DNA from: a virus
Direction: 5' to 3' (one strand)
Length of the DNA stretch: 64,000 bases
IMG/VR virus record: IMGVR_UViG_3300005613_002762
Span: 1-64,000 of that record
The translations under genes and the position numbers were made by a program. The notes below the pieces were generated by a model. That model did not search any database. It was not told the origin of the DNA and was given only the letters and a program-made list of their open reading frames with translations. Shown here piece by piece: positions 60,071 through 64,000 of this stretch; the stretch's first letter is position 1, and the number at the start of each line of letters is the position of its first letter.

Positions 60071-60628
60071 ATGTCGAAAAATAAACTGAATAAAATGAAA
60101 CTTGATCTTTATTTAAAAGAATTAAATCTTTTAGAATCAGAGAAACAATATGTAGATGAGTTCACATCACACTATAAACCTCAGTTTATGGAAGACGCAA
60201 TTAAATTAGGTTATGTGTCACCAATTATTACAGGAGAAACAAATTCTTCTTGTGGTATAAAAAAAGACAAAGCATTTGAGGTAACGAATGAAGAGAAAAA
60301 AACTATTAAAACAATTTTCAGATCTATAGCCAAGGAATGTCATCCTGATAAAACAAAAAGTCCAATAAGGGTTAAATGGTATGAAGAAGCCCAAATTGCA
60401 TATGAAAAAAATGATCTTTTAACATTATATAAGATTGCAAAAAAAATCAATATTGAAATAGATTTTGAAATAAATGGGACTATATTACTACAAAAGACAA
60501 TAGAAGAAAAGAAAAAAGAATTACAATCGGTATCAGGTTCTTTTTTGTGGTTATGGGTTCATTCTGAAACTCAAGAACAAAAAGACGAAATAATAAAACA
60601 ATTTATAAACCAAACAAAACAACAGTGA
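60071..60628 (+). CDS. J-domain (DnaJ-like) co-chaperone
   Basis: IKTIFRSIAKECHPDK...WYEEAQIAYE (HPD motif, helices II-III). Confidence 0.8.
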   Translation: MSKNKLNKMKLDLYLKELNLLESEKQYVDEFTSHYKPQFMEDAIKLGYVSPIITGETNSSCGIKKDKAFEVTNEEKKTIKTIFRSIAKECHPDKTKSPIRVKWYEEAQIAYEKNDLLTLYKIAKKINIEIDFEINGTILLQKTIEEKKKELQSVSGSFLWLWVHSETQEQKDEIIKQFINQTKQQ

Positions 60629-61827
60629 TGAAAAATTTAAAAATTGGAATTACATTAGGTTTACAATCAAACACAGAATCAATATGGACAAACGGAATGA
60701 AACAAAATGTTTTAATGTTTGTTCATTTATTAAAACAATCCAAAAACAATTATGAAGTTTTTATATTAAACACATTTGATGTAGATTTTTCAGAAAAAAG
60801 ACCTTCTTATTTGGATGGTATTGATATCCATAACTTTAAAGAAAAATTTATGGACATGGATCTTATCGTTATGATGGGAGCTCAAGTTTATGATGAAGAC
60901 ATTAAGAAATTTAAAGAAGATAAAAATAAAAGATTTATCGGTTATAAATGTGGAAACAATTATGTTATACACATGGAAAACGTAATGTTTAAAGAAAATA
61001 CCAAAAAATATTTTGAGTATGAAACAACGTTTGACGAATTATGGTATATTCCACAACAAGACGAAACAAACAAAGGATTCTTTTCAACATTATATAGAAC
61101 AAATGCATTTATTGTTCCATTCATTTGGCATGATAAATTTTTAAAAGAGGCCGTTATTGGTATTGAAAAAGGATTTAAAGATGGTCGTTATAAAAAAGGT
61201 TATAAATATAATCCCGAAAAAGAAAAAAAGGTTTTGGGTATTATGGAACCAAATATTAATATTGTTAAATATGGTTTAATCCCAACCATGATTGCCGAAG
61301 AATCTTTTAGAACTGAAACCGGAAAAAACCATATTGATAAGTTAATGATTACAAATGGTGAAAAATTAAAAACTAATCACGAGTTTTTATCTATTATTAA
61401 AACTTTTGATCTTTATAAAGATGGTAAAATAACTGCAGAGTCTCGTTATCAAACGGCATTTGTTTTAACTCAATATTTTGATGTTCTAATATCTCATCAG
61501 ATTCTAAATCCATTAAATTATCTGTATTTGGATGCTGCGTATTTAGGTTATCCTGTATTACATAATGCAACTCTATGTAAAGATTTAGGTTATTATTATG
61601 ATAATAGTGATACTAAACAAGGTGCCGAAATGTTAAATTATATTTTAACAGAACATGATAAAAATATTACAGAGTATCATGAAAAAAATAATAAAGTGTT
61701 AGAAAGATATTATGCCGATGATGAGACTTTAGTAGAAACTTATGACAAACTTATTTATAATTTATTTAATGGTGGAAATAAGGATTTGATTTATAACCCA
61801 AATACAAATAGATACGATAATCTATAA
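60625..61827 (+). CDS. DUF2827-like putative GT-B glycosyltransferase
   Basis: LKIGIT...SIWTNGMKQN, YKCGNNY, FDELWYIPQ, VPFIW, IMEPNINIVK...P, DVLISHQ..NPLNYLYLD..Y.GYPVLHN.....DLGYYY. Confidence 0.75.
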   Translation: MMKNLKIGITLGLQSNTESIWTNGMKQNVLMFVHLLKQSKNNYEVFILNTFDVDFSEKRPSYLDGIDIHNFKEKFMDMDLIVMMGAQVYDEDIKKFKEDKNKRFIGYKCGNNYVIHMENVMFKENTKKYFEYETTFDELWYIPQQDETNKGFFSTLYRTNAFIVPFIWHDKFLKEAVIGIEKGFKDGRYKKGYKYNPEKEKKVLGIMEPNINIVKYGLIPTMIAEESFRTETGKNHIDKLMITNGEKLKTNHEFLSIIKTFDLYKDGKITAESRYQTAFVLTQYFDVLISHQILNPLNYLYLDAAYLGYPVLHNATLCKDLGYYYDNSDTKQGAEMLNYILTEHDKNITEYHEKNNKVLERYYADDETLVETYDKLIYNLFNGGNKDLIYNPNTNRYDNL

Positions 61828-61844
61828 CTTAACTTACTACTAAT

Positions 61845-61872
61845 AAAAAAGGGGTTCCGAAGAACCCCTTTT
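61845..61872. terminator. Bidirectional intrinsic terminator with a C(UUCG)G tetraloop on the minus strand
   Basis: AAAAGGGGTTC-CGAA-GAACCCCTTTT between convergent genes. Confidence 0.9.
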
Positions 61873-61893
61873 CTTTTTGGTTAAAACCAAAGA

Positions 61894-63999
61894 TTAAGCG
61901 TAAACACCGTAAGCAGTTACTTTACCACCATCAGCTGGAGTATAAGTAAAGGTTACAGTTGCACCAGTCATGTTGTAATCTACACCAGCTTCTTGAAGAA
62001 GACCGTTATAGTAGATTGCTTCAGAGTTAGTTCTTACATCAGATGCCAAAGTGAATTCTTTGTTAGTTCCATTAACTAAACCGCTAACAGAAACTCTCTT
62101 GAAGTAAGTGTTCTCGAAATCATTTGTAATGTTTTCAAGTTCAGTTACAACTTCTGAGAAAGAGTCGATAGCTGTAAGATCTGTGTTTGAGATCAAGTTA
62201 GCAACTTCAGTAGACAATGCCTCTTCTAACGATTCTTCAGCGGCCTCAGCTCTTGAAATTTCAGAAGATAATTGTGACATTAATCCTTCCTCTACTTCAC
62301 CGATAAATACTTCAAGTGAGTTATCTTTAGCAAGTCTTGCAGACTCCTCATTAGAGATAGCACTATTAATAGAAGTTTTAGCGTCATTTAATGATGTTTC
62401 TAATGAACTATCACCAACAACTCTTGAAGAAGCTTCAGTAGAAATAGCGGCATTTGCATCAGTTCTGTTAGTTGCAATTACGCTCTCTAATGAACTATCA
62501 CCAACAACTCTTGAAGAAGCTTCAGCAGAGATAGCTGTGTTTGCGTCAGTTTTATTAGTAGCGATTACACTTGCTAATGAACCGTCAGCAGATTCCATAG
62601 CATCCTCAACCTCATCGATTGTTAAACCAATAGAAGTTACGGCAGACAATAATGCGTTATCGTTTTCTAAGTCAATAGCATTAACGAAAGAAACGATTTC
62701 GGCAAATTGATCTAAATCAACATCAGAACCATCAAGGATAGCATCGATACGTTCTTTTTCATCTTCGATTGCGTTAGCTAATGAAGTATCTGCCGATTGA
62801 CGGTCAGTAATTTCTGTGCTGATTTTTCCGTTAATAGACTCCTTAGCTTCATTAATAGAAGATGCCAATGAAGTGTCACCAGAAATACGGTTAGAAATTT
62901 CAACTGAAATTCTGTCGTCGATAGATTCATCTGCAGATGTGTGGATTGAGCAACACTCAGAGATTTCAATAGATAACTCATTATCTTTTGAGTTCATTGC
63001 AACCAAGTTAGAACTGATAACAGATTCTAATGAATCATCAGCATTGTTCATTGCAACCAAGTTAGAACTGATAACAGTTTCTAATGAATCATCAGCATTG
63101 TTCATTGCCACCAAGTTAGAACTAATAACAGTTTCTAATGAAGTGTCGGCAGTGTTCATTGCAGTCAAGTTAGCACCGATAACAGTTTCTAATGAAGTGT
63201 CCACGGCAAGACGTTCATCTTCTTCTCTAGATACGCGAGCGTCGATAGAAGCGTTAGCCGCGATGATTTCAGCGTCTACATAATCCTCCAAAGAGTTGTC
63301 TGCGGCCAAGCGAGTTGACTCTTCAGCAGTTAATCGAGTGTCAATTGAACCTTCAGCAGATACATGGTGAGCATGTTCTGTAGAGATTTCAATAGAAATC
63401 AATGTTGCCAATGAAGTGTCAGCAGTTGCACGAGCGGCCTCCTCAGTAGAAACACGAGAAGTTAAAGAAGTGTCAGCGGCTTCACGAGCAGCAACTTCAG
63501 TAGATACAGCAGATTCGCGGTTAACAACTTCAAGAGAAATGTCAGAAGACAATACTCCTTCAGCAGCAAGAGCACGAGTTTCTTCAGCGTCTACATCGGC
63601 AGCACGGTTAACGATTTCAGAAGAAAGGTTAGCGGCAATTGATGCCTCAGCGGCTGTTGCACGAGATACTTCAGCAGAAGTTGCGGTTGATGCGTTAGCA
63701 GCTAAAGTTGTGATTGCGTTGTTGATGTCACCATCAGCAGATTGGAATGCACCTACGATTTCAGTCAATGAATCAAGAGCGGCTGGATCTGTGTTAGAGA
63801 TCACGAAGTCAATCTTTGTGTTCAATGAAGTATCGGCAGCGGCACGGGCAGTTGCTTCGTCAGCTAAGTCACTTGCCAATGAACCTTCAGCTGCGACAGC
63901 ACGAGACTCTTCAGCGTCAACATCAGCAGTACGAGCAGTTACTTCAGCCGCCAATGCGTTTGCGATAGACGTTTCAGAAGATTGTGCACGAGACTCTTC
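61894..63999 (-). CDS. Long coiled-coil fibre protein, 5'-truncated by the window edge
   Basis: The frame is open to the right edge (EESRAQSSETSIANALAAEV...), so the track's TTG start is an artefact. E..RA.AAE/D.SL repeats, three (A/L)D(S/Q)(L/F).E(I/V)V fibre 'knee' motifs, and a C-terminal G.VNGTN..FTL...IYYNGLLQ..GVDY...G.TVTF...P domain. Confidence 0.8.
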   Translation of the reverse strand, partial: EESRAQSSETSIANALAAEVTARTADVDAEESRAVAAEGSLASDLADEATARAAADTSLNTKIDFVISNTDPAALDSLTEIVGAFQSADGDINNAITTLAANASTATSAEVSRATAAEASIAANLSSEIVNRAADVDAEETRALAAEGVLSSDISLEVVNRESAVSTEVAAREAADTSLTSRVSTEEAARATADTSLATLISIEISTEHAHHVSAEGSIDTRLTAEESTRLAADNSLEDYVDAEIIAANASIDARVSREEDERLAVDTSLETVIGANLTAMNTADTSLETVISSNLVAMNNADDSLETVISSNLVAMNNADDSLESVISSNLVAMNSKDNELSIEISECCSIHTSADESIDDRISVEISNRISGDTSLASSINEAKESINGKISTEITDRQSADTSLANAIEDEKERIDAILDGSDVDLDQFAEIVSFVNAIDLENDNALLSAVTSIGLTIDEVEDAMESADGSLASVIATNKTDANTAISAEASSRVVGDSSLESVIATNRTDANAAISTEASSRVVGDSSLETSLNDAKTSINSAISNEESARLAKDNSLEVFIGEVEEGLMSQLSSEISRAEAAEESLEEALSTEVANLISNTDLTAIDSFSEVVTELENITNDFENTYFKRVSVSGLVNGTNKEFTLASDVRTNSEAIYYNGLLQEAGVDYNMTGATVTFTYTPADGGKVTAYGVYA
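62400..62530 (-). repeat. 87-bp-period (29-aa) direct repeat in the fibre gene
   Basis: CTAATGAACTATCACCAACAACTCTTGAAGAAGCTTCAG occurs twice; protein SL.SVIATN.TDAN.AIS.EASSRVVGDS x2. Confidence 0.85.
62990..63200 (-). repeat. 54-bp (18-aa) tandem repeat, about 4 copies
   Basis: SLETVIGANLTAMNTADT / SLETVISSNLVAMNNADD x2 / SLESVISSNLVAMNSKDN, with near-identical DNA. Confidence 0.9.
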
Positions 64000-64000
64000 A

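Noticed and set aside
62108-63283. Plus-strand ORFs of 200 and 155 aa
   Set aside because: Antisense shadows of the Ala/Ser/Glu-rich fibre gene, with no independent motifs.
1-64000. Stop-codon reassignment, as seen in some large phages
   Set aside because: Conserved genes are full length in the standard code; nrdA ends at TAG right after its C-terminal CxxC and the SNF2 gene ends at TGA.
1-64000. tRNA or rRNA genes
   Set aside because: Intergenic gaps are short and AT-rich, and no cloverleaf or T-loop signatures were recognised by eye; tRNAscan-SE would confirm.

Overview
This AT-rich, densely coding window is a segment of a large (probably jumbo) contractile-tailed, distantly T4-like phage genome read in the standard genetic code. 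The left half holds baseplate, tape-measure, tube, sheath and neck genes. Interleaved with them is a replication/recombination block (class Ia RNR alpha+beta, DnaB/gp41-like helicase, 5'-3' exonuclease, RecA/UvsX, gp32-like SSB), and further right an SNF2 helicase and a family B DNA polymerase. The right third (about 45.2-64 kb) is the most unusual part. Six glycosyltransferase-like genes sit among fibre and adaptor genes: two HtrL/YibB-like, one GT60-like GlcNAc transferase, one GT9-like, a GT4 + TibC/Aah-type protein O-heptosyltransferase + FkbM fusion, and a DUF2827-like gene. Neighbouring structural proteins carry Ser/Thr/Asn-rich or Pro-Thr tracts, including about 190 Gly-(Thr/Ser)-(Ser/Asn/Asp) triplets. 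I infer a phage-encoded virion-protein glycosylation system. Other notable signals are a peptidase-SOD-nuclease-like fusion with L/I-x-E-rich linkers, a candidate +1 frameshift (UUU_UUU_CGG) in the tail chaperone, a strand-oriented TATTTAT motif before about 17 genes (the T4 late promoter core inverted), and a candidate RNA pseudoknot in the polymerase leader. Both end genes run off the window. All family calls come from motif recognition by eye; no searches were run.
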